This document shows positions 1 to 13,328 of a stretch of DNA of 64,000 nucleotides, one piece after another. A model generated the notes under the pieces. That model was not told where the DNA came from and did no database searches. It saw nothing but the letters and a program-made list of their open reading frames with translations. The stretch's first letter is position 1. Each line of letters opens with the position of its first letter. The position numbers and the translations under genes are program-made. This DNA comes from Octopus vulgaris (Eukaryota). Where the stretch lies: assembly GCA_951406725.2 (NCBI GenBank), contig OX597820.1:81902001-81966000 (forward strand), read 5' to 3'.

Positions 1-69
<69 letters not shown>

Positions 70-102
70 ATATATATATATATATATTTATTATATAGAA
101 GG

Positions 103-153
103 AGCTTCTACAGGACTAGAACTGTTTCATTCAAGAGAAATCTTCAGGAAGCT
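103..153 (-). ncRNA. Minimal type I hammerhead ribozyme (inverted arm)
   Basis: Exact reverse complement of the motif at 271-321. Confidence 0.85.
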
Positions 154-270
154 AGTTAACAAGAATTGTATTGGCATTTATACATTTAGGCAGGTTTAAA
201 GGGGTGTCCCCCACCAACACCCCTTTAAACCTGCCTAAATGTATAAATGCCAATACAATTCTTGTTAACT

Positions 271-321
271 AGCTTCCTGAAGATTTCTCTTGAATGAAAC
301 AGTTCTAGTCCTGTAGAAGCT
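271..321 (+). ncRNA. Minimal type I hammerhead ribozyme
   Basis: agcttc-CTGAAGA-tttc(tctt)gaat-GAAAC-ag(ttctagtc)ct-GTA-gaagct. Stem I agcttc/gaagct, intact CUGANGA and GAAA core, stem III acag/ctgt, GUA cleavage triplet. Confidence 0.85.
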
Positions 322-427
322 CCTTCTATATAATAAATTAATTTTACTCTGCTATGTATTGAGTACCTTATTTACTGTGGTTAACCCCGAATCAACCCGG
401 GACCTACATATATATATATATATATAT

Positions 428-478
<51 letters not shown>

Positions 479-546
479 TATATATACATACATATATATA
501 TATATGTATATATGTATATATATATATATATATACACATACATACA

Positions 547-897
<351 letters not shown>

Positions 898-901
<4 letters not shown>

Positions 902-1235
902 GGGACCGGGTTGAGTCGGGGTTAACCACAGTAAATAAGGTACTCAATACATAGCAGAGTAAATTAATTTATTTTATAGAAGGAGCTTCTACAGGACTAG
1001 AACTGTGTCATTCAAAAGAAATCATCAGGAAGCTAGGTGACAAGAATAATTTTGGCATTTATACATTTAGGCAGGTTTAAAGGGGTGGTGGTGGGGGACT
1101 TTTTGGGGTAGGCATGGTGCAAACTATCATTCTTAGGGGAGTGGTCAAAGGAATCAGTGATAAAGTAGATAAAAGAATAAATAGAATAATAGAGTTTTAG
1201 GTAAATAAGGAGACTCTCACTTATACACATATATA
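898..1235 (-). mobile_element. Diverged PLE family N 3' end; HHR at 984-1034 with GAAA>GACA
   Basis: Same terminus (tgtagggaccgggttgagtcggggttaacc...) and downstream sequence as the copies starting at 25762 and 31651. Confidence 0.8.
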
Positions 1236-1252
1236 CACATATATATACACAT

Positions 1253-1322
<70 letters not shown>

Positions 1323-2082
1323 TGGCGTTAACAGCCCTTCTTATCTTGTTCTCCTTGTCCTGTCTCTCACTGTTATATATTTATTTTTCCACTGTTTATA
1401 TATATATTTTTTACTGTTTATATGTTTGTACTGTCGTTACCGTCTTGCTTTTTTTACCCCTCTGCGACAAGATCTCAGAATTTTAATTGATTTGCTTTTC
1501 GCAGGAAGGAATTTTTCATTCGAAGTATACGTCTCGCTTTTATCCTTTGAAACGTTTAGTAGATGAAACTTTAGCGACTGAAGAAGGGGATTTTTCGTTG
1601 TGCTTATTGTCCTGTATCTCCTTTTTTTGCTTGTCTTGTTCCTTGGTTTGTGTCTATGTTTTTCGTCTCTCTATGTGTTCGACGTCCTTTTGGTGTCCTG
1701 TACACATATATGCGTGTATATGTACATGTAGAGGTAGGTACGTACATATATGTTTATATATATGCATATATTTTATTAACATATATATATATATATATAT
1801 ATATGCATATATACATACACATACACACATACATCCATATACACATGTACATATGCACCCATTTACATACATCTACGTACACACCCATACCCATACTCAT
1901 ACATACACTCATATCTCTACACACATATATATAAAAATAAATATAAATATAAATAGAAATACAAATATAAAGGAGGATATACACCTCCATACACACACGC
2001 TCATATATCTATCTATATATATATATATATACACATATATATATATATACACACATACATACCCACACTTATATATATATAT

Positions 2083-2117
<35 letters not shown>

Positions 2118-2120
2118 TTT

Positions 2121-2322
2121 GTACTTGTTTCAGTCATTTGACTGCGGCCATGCTGGAGCACCGCCTTTAGAGTGGTGAAAGAGTACAGCAGGGATCACCA
2201 CCATCCCCTGCCGGAGCCTCGTGGAGCTTTTAGGTGTTTTCGCTCAATAAACACACACAACGCCCGGTCTAGGAATCGAAACCGCGATCCTCCGACCGCA
2301 AGTCCGCTGCCCTGACCACTGG

Positions 2323-2327
<5 letters not shown>
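2121..2327 (-). mobile_element. Adjacent SINE fragments: family A tail (2121-2170) and family B head (2171-2327)
   Basis: Match the longer copies at 17755-18163 and 54895-55209. The family B head has tRNA A/B-box-like motifs. Confidence 0.75.
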
Positions 2328-2376
<49 letters not shown>

Positions 2377-2649
2377 TATATACATATATATATACACATA
2401 CATACACATATATATATATATACATACACACATACATACACATACATATGCATATACATGCACACACATACACACACGTTTCTTCCCTAATTTTAATTTT
2501 ATCTTTATCTTTATCTTTATTTTTATTTTGACCTCGACCCACCAGGCCAGCTCTCCCAAGGGAGCTAGCTTAGCCGGCCTAAGGACACCATTTATTGCCC
2601 CTCTCCCTTCCTTTCTGTCTTTCTTCATACTGATACGAACACAAACACT

Positions 2650-2680
<31 letters not shown>

Positions 2681-3477
2681 GCGCGCACACTCATACACAT
2701 ACACAAACGCACGTGTTATATTCATACATACATAAGTGTACCGACTTTCACATAAACGTACACATAACTATGTACACACAAAACCACATACGCACGCACA
2801 TACCTACATATACATACGCATATATACTTACATCAGTCATATCCATACCTACATACACATACATCCATATATCTATACATATACATACACATATATATAC
2901 ACATGCACATACCAATACACATACGCATATCTACGCACATACACGCACACACATCTATCTAATGTTATTGCCTCCTACCTTGGCAATGCACTGAATGCAT
3001 ATCTACCGTGAATATTCCTTTTTTTTCCTGACGGGGGAGACATTCTCTGAAAATGGAAGAATGAACCCCAGAAACAGCCGTCGAAATATTATCATCTAAA
3101 ATTGTAACCCGAAACTTTAATAGACGGCTACTATTAACTTTTCCCTATCTTTTCAAATCTTTAAAAAACGTTCTTATCTATGATATATTCTTATCCTTTA
3201 CTATATCATTACTATGTTTCTACACTCAAATTTATATATCTATATATATTTTTAATATTCCTATATGTTCCTACATTTTTCTATATTCGATATATTAATA
3301 TAATTTTTTAATTTTGAACGAATTTTATCTTGACCAAATGCTCACACATATGTGTTGAAAGTGGTTTGCCTAATCTGAAATTTTCCCTTTTATACCAGTC
3401 TAACGTCTCAGATTTCATTTGAGCACTTCTAAGCCATCTACATACTAAATATTTCGTAAGAAAAATATAACTATATG

Positions 3478-3553
<76 letters not shown>

Positions 3554-3601
3554 TGTATGTATGTATGTATGTATGTATGTATGTATGTATGTATTTGTAT
3601 G

Positions 3602-3665
<64 letters not shown>

Positions 3666-5359
3666 TATAGATATATATATATATATGATTAAATACTATA
3701 TATATATATATATATATATCTTTTTAAGGTTTGCTTTAAACATCCTGTTTTCGGTGGTACTAGAGCATTAGCCTGAGTTCTCACCGCATTATGTTTGTGT
3801 GAAGTCTGACGAATGTCCTGAAAATAAAAGAGGGAACTTGAAGGTTGAACTGTACTGCGTTTTGTCTCAGTAATTCGTTATAACCGAGAGAAAACATGGC
3901 ACGGTGAGAATTCAGGCTAATGCTCTAGTACCACCGAAAACAGGATGTTTAAAACAAACTGTTAAAAAAGATATATGTAGTGTATCAATATGAACTCAAA
4001 CATAACGTCTGAAACTAATTGCAGATATATGAGCGTGTCTGTGTATCTATCTATCTATCTATCTATCTATTGGTTTTATATCTAGCGTGAACTAGACATA
4101 TTATCAGTTTCTCTAAATAATAACTGTTGTCTGCAAAAGATGTTTTTAAAAAACACATGAACGCCGGTGATAAGTGAAGGAAAATTCCCATAAAAAATTA
4201 TGGCCGGGCGATTTATCTCCCTTCGCTTGATAACTAGGTTTTCCAATTTTGAAGTAAAAATTTCCGAAAATGTGGACAACTCCCCACGGCTTCCGTCCTG
4301 GAGTTCGAGTGTCATTTTATTGTGTCTCTTCGGCACCCTGAAAGAAGATATGTGGTTGCTCAGGCGAATTTTAAATTTGGATTCACAAGATCCGACATAA
4401 ATTTTAGTGTGTATCCCTGCGTTGGCATTGTTACTGTTATTTGTTCTGCTTCTATTTGGGAATAACGTTGTATACGGACACTGAGGTTTTTACTAGAGTA
4501 CATACGGTTTTATCCTTCCAGATATGTATTAATACACAAGTGCCCCCCCCCCAAAAAAAAGCACTCAACGTAAGAGTATTCTCCGGTATGCAGTCCACAG
4601 TACACTTTCAGCTCAAGATCCGACGCAGGGAAAATTCCCAGTGTGGTATAGTATAAATAATAACGCAAATGAGCTGAGGTTCACTATAGCTGTTTCAGAT
4701 GTTTTCGTTTTTAATATCTCTAAAACAGCTGTAGTGAACTTCAGTCCATTGGTGTTATTATATGTGTGTGTACTCGCGCGTGTATAGGTATGTATGAATA
4801 TATGTATGCCTGTTTGTGTGTATATGTATATATTTATGTATGTTTGTATGTATGTATGTGTGTATGTATATATGTATTTGAAACGAAATAAACAAAAACT
4901 AAATCAGTATGGCCACTGGCATGTATTTGAATGACAAAACGAATAAAGGTATATTACTCTCTTTCCAGATCAATTTTTGTTTCATTGACAGCATCCCAAC
5001 CTGTAGAGACTGTCAGACAAATGCTACCTTGCAAATGGGACAATATCAAAAGTGAAGGGTACGTAATCTCAAAAATTACGATCTCTCGAAAGTTAGCATA
5101 TCGTCTGATTGTCTGAAAACAAGAGGACAGATGTGAACAAGTCTTCTGCTGACGGTGCCTGTTATTTAAGAAACAAGTCTTTTCCTTGATGACATCAATT
5201 TTAGAGGATCCGTGATTATGGAGATTATTTCGTCTTCTCGTTTGAATTTGATCTGTATTATAACCAAACTGTTCTTTCACTCACTCTCTCTCTCTGGAAG
5301 CGGAAATGATTTTAATAAATCAATTATTTATCTGGTATAATAATTAACACACCCATATT

Positions 5360-5500
<141 letters not shown>

Positions 5501-6749
5501 AAGTGTGAATACTTGATCGTGCAGTTAAACCATTGGGAGTGAAGGACTCCTAGCCTTTCTTAGGGCATCCTTCTAGGAGAAGGTAACTCAGGTAACTGGG
5601 ATAACTCCGACATAAAACCTGCGGCTCAGTGGTTACCAATGATGTTGACTTGTTCTTCTTTTCGGATTATGGCTGCTGTTGCATAGTGAGTGGGATTGAC
5701 TCAGTGCACAGTCTTTCCTCACTTTAGAAAAATCTTCTTGCACAGGTATTGCACGATAACAACATTGTTCATGATTGTTGATGGTGCTGTGAGTCTCAAC
5801 TGAATGGCTGGCTGTAGCCTTAAAAAGCAAATAAAAGTCACATTCGATCACAGCAGCAATAACAGTTAAGCTTCGAGCAATGGCCATACTCGTTAACGAG
5901 GGGGCAGCCATCATCATGTACGTATGTATGCGCGAGTAGATATGTATGTATGCGTGTGCATGTATGTATATACGTATGTATATGTGAGTGTATGTATATG
6001 TATGCATGTATGCATGAATGTATATATGTATGCATTTATATATGTATGTATACGAATGTATAAACCAAGATAGGCTTTGGCAAATATTGGTTCAAGCTAT
6101 GTCTAAATTTACAACACCGCCTAGTAAAGTTCTTTAAGTCATGATCAGATCGTATGTTTCGTTACCTATTCAGGTTGAGAATTGTTGTTGGCTTAAATAT
6201 ATCTATGTAAAGGTAGTTTGTTAGGTGTTCTATGGAAGAATTTGTCCAGGTACCGTTTGAAGTTAATGGATTTTTTTCTTTGATTTGTTTCGAACTTATG
6301 TTAAGCTAAACCTGTCCATTTAAAGCTAACTTGTTGTGTCACAATGTTATTATGTGTTGTAAGTTCAATTTGTGTAAGGTGTGTATGGCAGGGGTTCCAG
6401 CTTCAGATGGTTTTAAACTTGTTAAGATTATTTGCGTAGCGCCTTTCGTATATTTTCCATTTTGTGCAAGGGTGTTTGATGTTTGTGGCACAATCTTTGT
6501 TCAGCTCAGTTTAGTAACTGAGTTCAGTGTAAACCTCACTTGTAATTCATATATGAGACTCGGAAAACCAAAGTAATTTATTCTCTGATGAAAGCTATGT
6601 AGTTAAAACTTCGAAGTAATTATGAACGTTTTCTTTGTAAGTGTAAAATAAATGTTATTCTACTGACAAACAGATATATACATATGTATATGCATATAAA
6701 TGAATATAGTTAGACAAACACTCGTACATACACAAACACATGCTCTCTT

Positions 6750-6839
<90 letters not shown>

Positions 6840-7028
6840 GGAATACACACGTATGTATATATTCTGGATTGAACATAAATACTGTTAATGCATTGGCTGC
6901 ACTATGTGAATCATTGTAAATTTTGAATGAAATAGTTAAAACTTTATAAGTAGCCTTGGCTCGGAATGAGTGAATGGAATATTTGTCACTATGCGCAGGA
7001 GTGGCTGTGTGGTAAGTAGCTTGCTTAC

Positions 7029-9240
7029 TTCCCATGAGTCTCTGTTGTCTGTGTCACTGAAGAAGATAGCCAGCAGAGTTTAGCCTGCCAAAAGAAGCTG
7101 CCGCAAGGTAAGACTTATTTCTCTTGGACCCAGTGAGGGTCGTTGACTGTGCTTATATTTTTTACAAACAAGGAGTCCTCACTGGATTCAGGATGTTAGT
7201 CTACTTTCGGTTCAGCAATATGGTTCATATTAAATGAACATTTTTTCTCATTCTGACAAGTACAGTTTGGTGGGTGTATCCTTCAAACAAAGGTTATTCA
7301 CTTTTTAACAGTGTACGTTTTTACTATTGAAAAGCTGTATTTCAAGTGTTCACATGAAGTTAAAAATTTTTCTCATTGTGAGAAATATAGTTTGGTGACG
7401 TATCCTGCCACCCAAAGTCGTTCGCTGTTTGTAAATAGTGAGTATTTTACAACTACGTTGGAAAGCTGTATTTCAAGTGGAGCAGTCTAGGTTCTAATTG
7501 GAGTACCATAGGGCTTGGAGTACCTGAATGCCCAGAAGATTTTTTGCTGTGTTTCTTTTTAACTGTTGTTTTCTTCTTCTATTGTGACGTTTTTTTATTG
7601 AACTGCTTGCTTTTTTTCTTCTTCCCTTTTGTTTCCTTTTGAATTCTCTCTTTCCTTTTTTGTGAAATGTTTTGGACTTTTTTTATTTTTTAATTTAAAA
7701 CATGGCAAAAAATACGGATAAGATTGTAGAGTGGGAGATTGTCCCACCTAAAGAGTGGCTCAGACAGCAAGAGAAGAGGACGGTGATATTGAGAACGTAT
7801 TCGAAGGTTCCCGACACAATTACCGTCTTCTCCAAGCAGATGATTGAGCAGGAGTTGGCGGAACATCTGCCAACCATTAAGTATATCTCTAGGGGAGTCA
7901 AATATGCAACAGTGTGGTTGCTGTTTGGCACCCCAGAGGAGGGTCGCAGTTTTGCGAGCCAGCCCGTTGAGGGTAAAGAAATTCTGTTTCTTCCCACTTA
8001 TTGTGGGAGAAAATTGACGAGAGCCTGAGTCTGTGGTTTGCCACCCGGAACTGAACCCCAGTGGATAGGGGATACTATCCATCGGGGTCCGGGTGACAGC
8101 AGAGCCAGGCTCCTCAATGTGAAAATTCTTCCTGTGGCTGATTGGGTTGGGTCAAAAGCTGTTTTGACCCTGTGGACCCAATCAGCCATGAATCTGGTTA
8201 TGCCAGATCTTTTGAAAATGGCCGGGTGTAGGTACCCGGTGATTCTTGAGGGTCCCCCCGAGGTGTCATCGGTGCCTGGAGCCTGGCCATATAAAGAAAA
8301 ACTGTCCTCAGGAACAAAGCAAAGTCCTGGAGCAGTCAATTGAGACCTCTGTAGAAGAGGGAACGAAGGCGGCTGAGAAGACGGAGGACTCCTCAGGGAA
8401 AGGCCGCAAGAGGTAGAAGGTGAGCAACAATGGGTGCTTACCGAAGGATCCTGGAGATGAGAGAGGGAAGGTGAATCTCTCGGTCACGGAGGAGACGCAC
8501 CCTCTTCAGTTGAGAGGAAAAAGAGGAAGAGGGAAAGAAACGGGATATTGCCGGCAGTCGGTGACATAGTTGTTCCACCGGCTGGGGAATAGACACCGTT
8601 GGGAGGGATTGTTCCCCCAACGGTAGAATTGACTACCTCGAACCCGGAGGAAGAGGAACTATTGGTCTTCTTGTACAGAGGCGGCGTGTTAGTAGAGGTG
8701 GTGGAAAAGCACCATAAGGGAATACCTTTAACCTTCACACAATTTCCTGAATGGCCTCCGCAGAGGTCATAACGGTGTCTGTGGGGTTTTGGCTGCAGTG
8801 ACTCAATGAGGAATATCGCTTGTGGCCGGGCGATGCCGGCTCCGATCCCGCCTTGGTCTTGAATGAGGCGTGGGGGATGATGGAGTATACGGGCACAAAC
8901 GATGTTGAGGAGGAATAATGACAAGAGGTTGAAAAGCCTCAGTGTTATAATGTTTAATGTTTATTGCATGTTATTGTGTTTAAGAGGCTTAATGCCCCAA
9001 TTCTTAAATAGACTATTAGTCCAAAAATTGTAAATCTGAAGTAAGGGGTTCATTACCTAGTTTTGTCTTTTACTGTGGAAAAAAAAAAGAAGAGAATAAT
9101 GTTTTAGAGAAGCAGAAAATCGGCGGGCGTTTTTGTCTTCTCCCATTAATATCATCCTTATCATCATTCACCTCATCAATGTCTTTGTCTAGCCCGCAAG
9201 CTACTCTGTATCATGCCTTTATGGCAAAATTTTAAATATA
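7029..9240 (+). mobile_element. ORF1-only (HAL1-like) non-LTR retroelement of L1/Tx1 type
   Basis: 15-bp TSD aagtagcttgcttac (7014-7028 and 9241-9255), two ~110-bp 5' monomers (~7241-7348, ~7367-7479), a decayed ORF1 with a CCHC knuckle, no RT or endonuclease motifs seen, and an A-rich 3' region. Confidence 0.75.
7702..8950 (+). pseudogene. Decayed gag-like ORF1 (L1/Tx1-like) with zinc knuckle
   Basis: ORFs 7702-8028 and 8038-8343 are in frame across one stop. After a frameshift, 8264-8305 reads CHRCLEPGHIKKNC (CX2CX4HX4C), followed by a purine-rich, charged region. The 3' end is approximate. Confidence 0.7.
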
Positions 9241-12200
9241 AAGTAGCTTGCTTACCGACAACATGGTTCTGGATTGAGTCCCACTGCGTGGCACCTTGGA
9301 CAAGTGTCTTCTGCTATAGCCTCGAGCTGACCAAAGCCTTGTGAGTGGATTTAGTAGATGGAAACTGAAAGAAGCCCGTCGTATATATGTATATATGTGT
9401 GTGTGTGTTTGTGTGCGTGTGTGTATGTGTGTGTGTGCGTGTGTGTGTGTGTGTGCATGTGTGCATGTTTGCGTGTCTGTGTTTGTCCCCTCAACATCGC
9501 TTGACAATCGATGCTGGTGTGCTTACGTCCCCTTAACTTAGCGATGCAGCTAAAGTGACCGATAGAATAAGTACTAGGTTTACAAAGAATAAGTCCTGCG
9601 GTCGATTTGGTCGACTAAATGCAGTGCTTCAGCATGGCTGCAGTCAAATGACTGAAACAAGTAAAAGAGTAAAAGAGTATGCAGTTATACTTATTTAAGG
9701 AGATTAATAAAGAATACAATGGCCAAATATTTGTCATTTCTTTTAAGAAACTTCAAAATTTAATCAGTGCATTGTTCCAAGCAGGAGAATATATTAAGAT
9801 TTCAATATATCCTTGTAGTTCGTCTGCTACACAGGGGTAAAATTCTTTGTGTCGGACCGTGTAAATACCTCTTATTCTTTGGAGTTCTACAATTGGCAAT
9901 AATAATACAAACAACTAAGAACTAGACTATTCTACATAACTAGCATAATCTCGTGCTCTAAGTGATTTCAGCATCCAATCTGTCAGTCACATTCACGTTT
10001 TTGCAGTTCTCGTAATATGAGAACGAAACAATGTCATTATAATTCTCAGTTTTTCGGGCAATGACCCACAACCCGTCACAGAAATAAACATTGTAACCTT
10101 GATAGTGCTGCTGAAATTTTGAATAAGTGGCACATGATCTGAATATGTGATACAGCAATAATTGAAACAACAGAAAGAAAACAATAAAAACTAAAGCAAC
10201 GTAAGTAACACCAGCAGTTTACTACCGAAATACGAGACAAAAAATCTATAATGAAATAAATTTGGGTGATGTTTATTTCTCGCTTAAGAGCATTAACAAT
10301 ATAAATGAGGTTGAATTAGTGTCATTCGAGAAATGTGAGAGCCCGAAACTGATAGACTTCCTGTACATCTACCTTTCAGTGAAGAGACAACGGCAGCATC
10401 CATGGCCCTTTAAATTTCTCAAAGCCTCCAAAATAGATGGGAAGAAAGGAACAAGCTTTCAGCAAATCCGAAACCTGGTCCGAACACTTGCAACGAAGTG
10501 GACTCCGCTAAACGTAACCGAGCATTTGTTGATGGTGTTGAACCGACTGACAAATTAAAACCTACTTCCTAAGATTTCATAACGCAGGGAACTGGAACGA
10601 ATTTCGATTTGTCATCTCTTGCGATGGTCTAATAATTTCGCTAATCAAAATATTCCGAATTATTATTCTCATTCATTAACAAAAAAAAAAAAAAAGAAAA
10701 CTTTATCCAGACCACAGCTCGCAATAAGCACAATAAACATAGTTTACACAAGCCTAAGTAAATTATTATTCTCGTTCATTTAAAATTAAAGAACAAAAAT
10801 CTCTTTTCAAACCACTCTGCTATCACAAAGCACACAATGACCACGATATACAAATGGTTTGCACAAAAGCAAGTAAATGATGATAATATGATGAGAATCT
10901 AACCTTTAAAATAGAATATTGTCAAAGTTAGGCGAATCACCATTCAGTCAGAATTACATATTCAATTATAAAATAGAGATCTTCAATGTAGATGAAATGA
11001 AAGGTCGGAACCGTCTACGTACTCCTCTAAATATGAGTTATTTGACCCAAGAGTGCAACCATGATGGGAAAATATGTGAAGGTATTCCAACGCTGGTCAC
11101 CCCATCTTTCTTTTGTGATTTGCCTATTTAATACAGCATTGTCTGTCTTTTCTTTCAAAGTTGTAGATGAGATGGAGAGGTTTGGCTGTTATTTCTGGCA
11201 TAACAGTGACCACTTGGTAGCTATCCCATCAACATTAGCACCTTTTGTATTCATTACGGGTACATTGGGTGTGTCAGCCCACACTTCACTGTTTTCTTCT
11301 TATTTGATCATTGATGTATTGCTATTTAACCATTGTCATATATCTTGGGCTGTATTGTGTCATGCTGGGCCATCTTAGTATTTGAAACCCTCGGACAAAG
11401 CAGTGTACTCAGGTTACTAACCTCTCTCTTCGCACTCAGTGCATTGAGAAAATTATAAGTTCATTTTCAAGGAACATAATCGAAAGCAACTTCAAACATT
11501 GCTGACCCGTCGTGCTGTAAAGAGGATACTTTGTGAGTTTCAACCTAGAAAATGAACGTCCTTCGGTAAATTGGTTACCATCATGTACATGAATATTCGG
11601 AGTGCGAATTCAACACTAAGAAACACAGATTTCATTGAGAACTGTTTGCATTCATTAATTCGTTGTAATCAAAATCCTCAGGTCAAGTCTTGTTCATACC
11701 CATGGGCCCGGAAACAGGGGAGCAGGGGGTGCAAGCGAACTTCCTTCTACTATTTTTGTGGGAGTGCAAAATCAGAATATGTACCCCTACTTGCTTTTCT
11801 CAGATTTAGAAAACAATGCCTAAAAGTGATCTGTAAAAAGTAGTTTGAAATTAGGTTTCTTCTCAAAGAACAAAGAACAAAAATAAATAAACAAACAATA
11901 AGATCTTTTAAGTTAAAATTTTTGGACCTTTAACAAAACTCATAAAAGTCAGTGTTTTCACCTGACTAACGAAGGAAAGGAGACAACCAATACTTCGTCA
12001 AGTTCCCCATGTTTACTCAGGTGAGAGCTCAGAGAAAGAAATGCTTCCACCTTAAATGTTTCACTTTCTTGAAAGTGAAACATTAAATAAATACGCGTAC
12101 ACCTTTTTTGTATGTATGTGTGCGTATATGTGTGTTAGAGAGAGAGAGAAAGACAGAGTGAGTGCCGCTTAATCATTACTCACTCTCTCTCTCTCTCTCT

Positions 12201-12279
12201 CACACACACATACATAAAAAGGATGTATGCATATGTATTTATGTATGTACGCATACATGACAACACACCCCTTCATCCA

Positions 12280-12316
<37 letters not shown>

Positions 12317-13021
12317 TCTCTCTCTCTCTCACACACACGAATAGATGAATGTATACAAACGTACATACAAAAACACACATGTGCGTGTGTGACTGACTGC
12401 AGATACATAGAGCTGAACACAGCACGCAAAAAGTAAAGAAATAAAAAATTGTTACGGAAATCAACAGAGTGTGCATATTTAAGCGAAAGAATGCCCATAT
12501 TTTTTGGGGCGCCCCATGTTGAATCGCAAAATTATAATATGGTATTTGTGTAATAACGAAATCAAACCTGGAGTGTGTGTGTATATATTGTAGAGACAGT
12601 GTGTGTGTGTGTTTATATTAGAGAGACAGTGGGTGAGTGTGTGTGAGGGACAGAGAGATGCATGAAATAAACATGAAATGGAAAAATCGTTTTATTATTA
12701 CCCACAAGGGGCGAAAATGAAATGGAAAAATCGTGTAAGTTAAAGCTCGATAAAAACTATTTTGTACCGAATATTTGATTTTGTGAACTTCAAATACTCC
12801 ATAATAAAAGGAAGTTCAAAAAGTACCGTACTGGGGTCGACCTAATCGACTGGCCCCCTTCCTTGAAATTTCGGGCCTTGTGCCTAGAGTTAAAAAAAAA
12901 AGTAAATTTTCTTGAAGACTTCAATTTATAAAAAATCTCACATGCTTAGTAAATATTTCTTAAAGTAATTTATCGTAGATTTTTGCAAATAGCGAATAAA
13001 ACCTTGAAATGAAAACATTAA

Positions 13022-13328
13022 AATAGAGACCGAGAGGTTTCGCAAATGAAAACGGAATATTTCGCCTGCAACGAATTGATATTGTTTAGGTAGTTGCTAC
13101 GTCAGTACCGTAAGTTGATATTGTAAAGCCTTTTTTAAAGAATTGAGACACGTATATAAAGCATTATTATGTATTTTTAATTAAAAAAATAAAGTGAAGA
13201 GCTTATCTATCCGAGGTCAAATTATTCATGCATCCCAAGTATGGAACCATTTCGCGCAGCCGTTTTCGAGTGAAAAACGATCACACACACACACACTCAC
13301 ACTCACAGGTCTATTTTATATAATAGAC
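13022..13328 (-). mobile_element. Probable degenerate non-autonomous Helitron
   Basis: The minus strand starts tctattatataaaatagacctgtgagtg, similar to the Helitron 5' ends at 22501 and 48186. The 3' end is degenerate. Confidence 0.4.

Larger units (their letters stand above)
86..408 (+). mobile_element. Short fold-back copy of PLE family N (3' terminus with inverted partner arm)
   Basis: Perfect inverted repeat 86-207 / 217-338, followed by a one-sided ~70-nt tail ending cccgggacctaca and flanked by (TA)n. The sequence matches the termini of the GIY-YIG-bearing element at 31651-38726. Confidence 0.85.
6993..9678 (+). mobile_element. tRNA-derived SINE family A, split by a 2.2-kb insertion
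   Basis: The head at 6993-7028 continues at 9241-9678. The joined sequence is collinear with the intact copy at 17755-18163. Confidence 0.85.

Noticed and set aside
3024-3060. CTGACGG..GAAAATG HHR-like motif
   Set aside because: The core is mutated at G8/A9 and the cleavage site, and there is no second copy in the window.
4969-5058. Possible 90-nt plus-strand exon (ctctttccag...gtacgt)
   Set aside because: The splice-like signals are plausible, but there is no recognisable protein motif or partner exon.
5530-5650. Possible RTE-type LINE 5' UTR fragment
   Set aside because: Only a vague resemblance from memory, with no coding evidence.
6581-6615. CTGATGA-aagct..agtt-AAAAC HHR-like motif
   Set aside because: The GAAA box is absent and stem I is weak, so it cannot be supported as a ribozyme.
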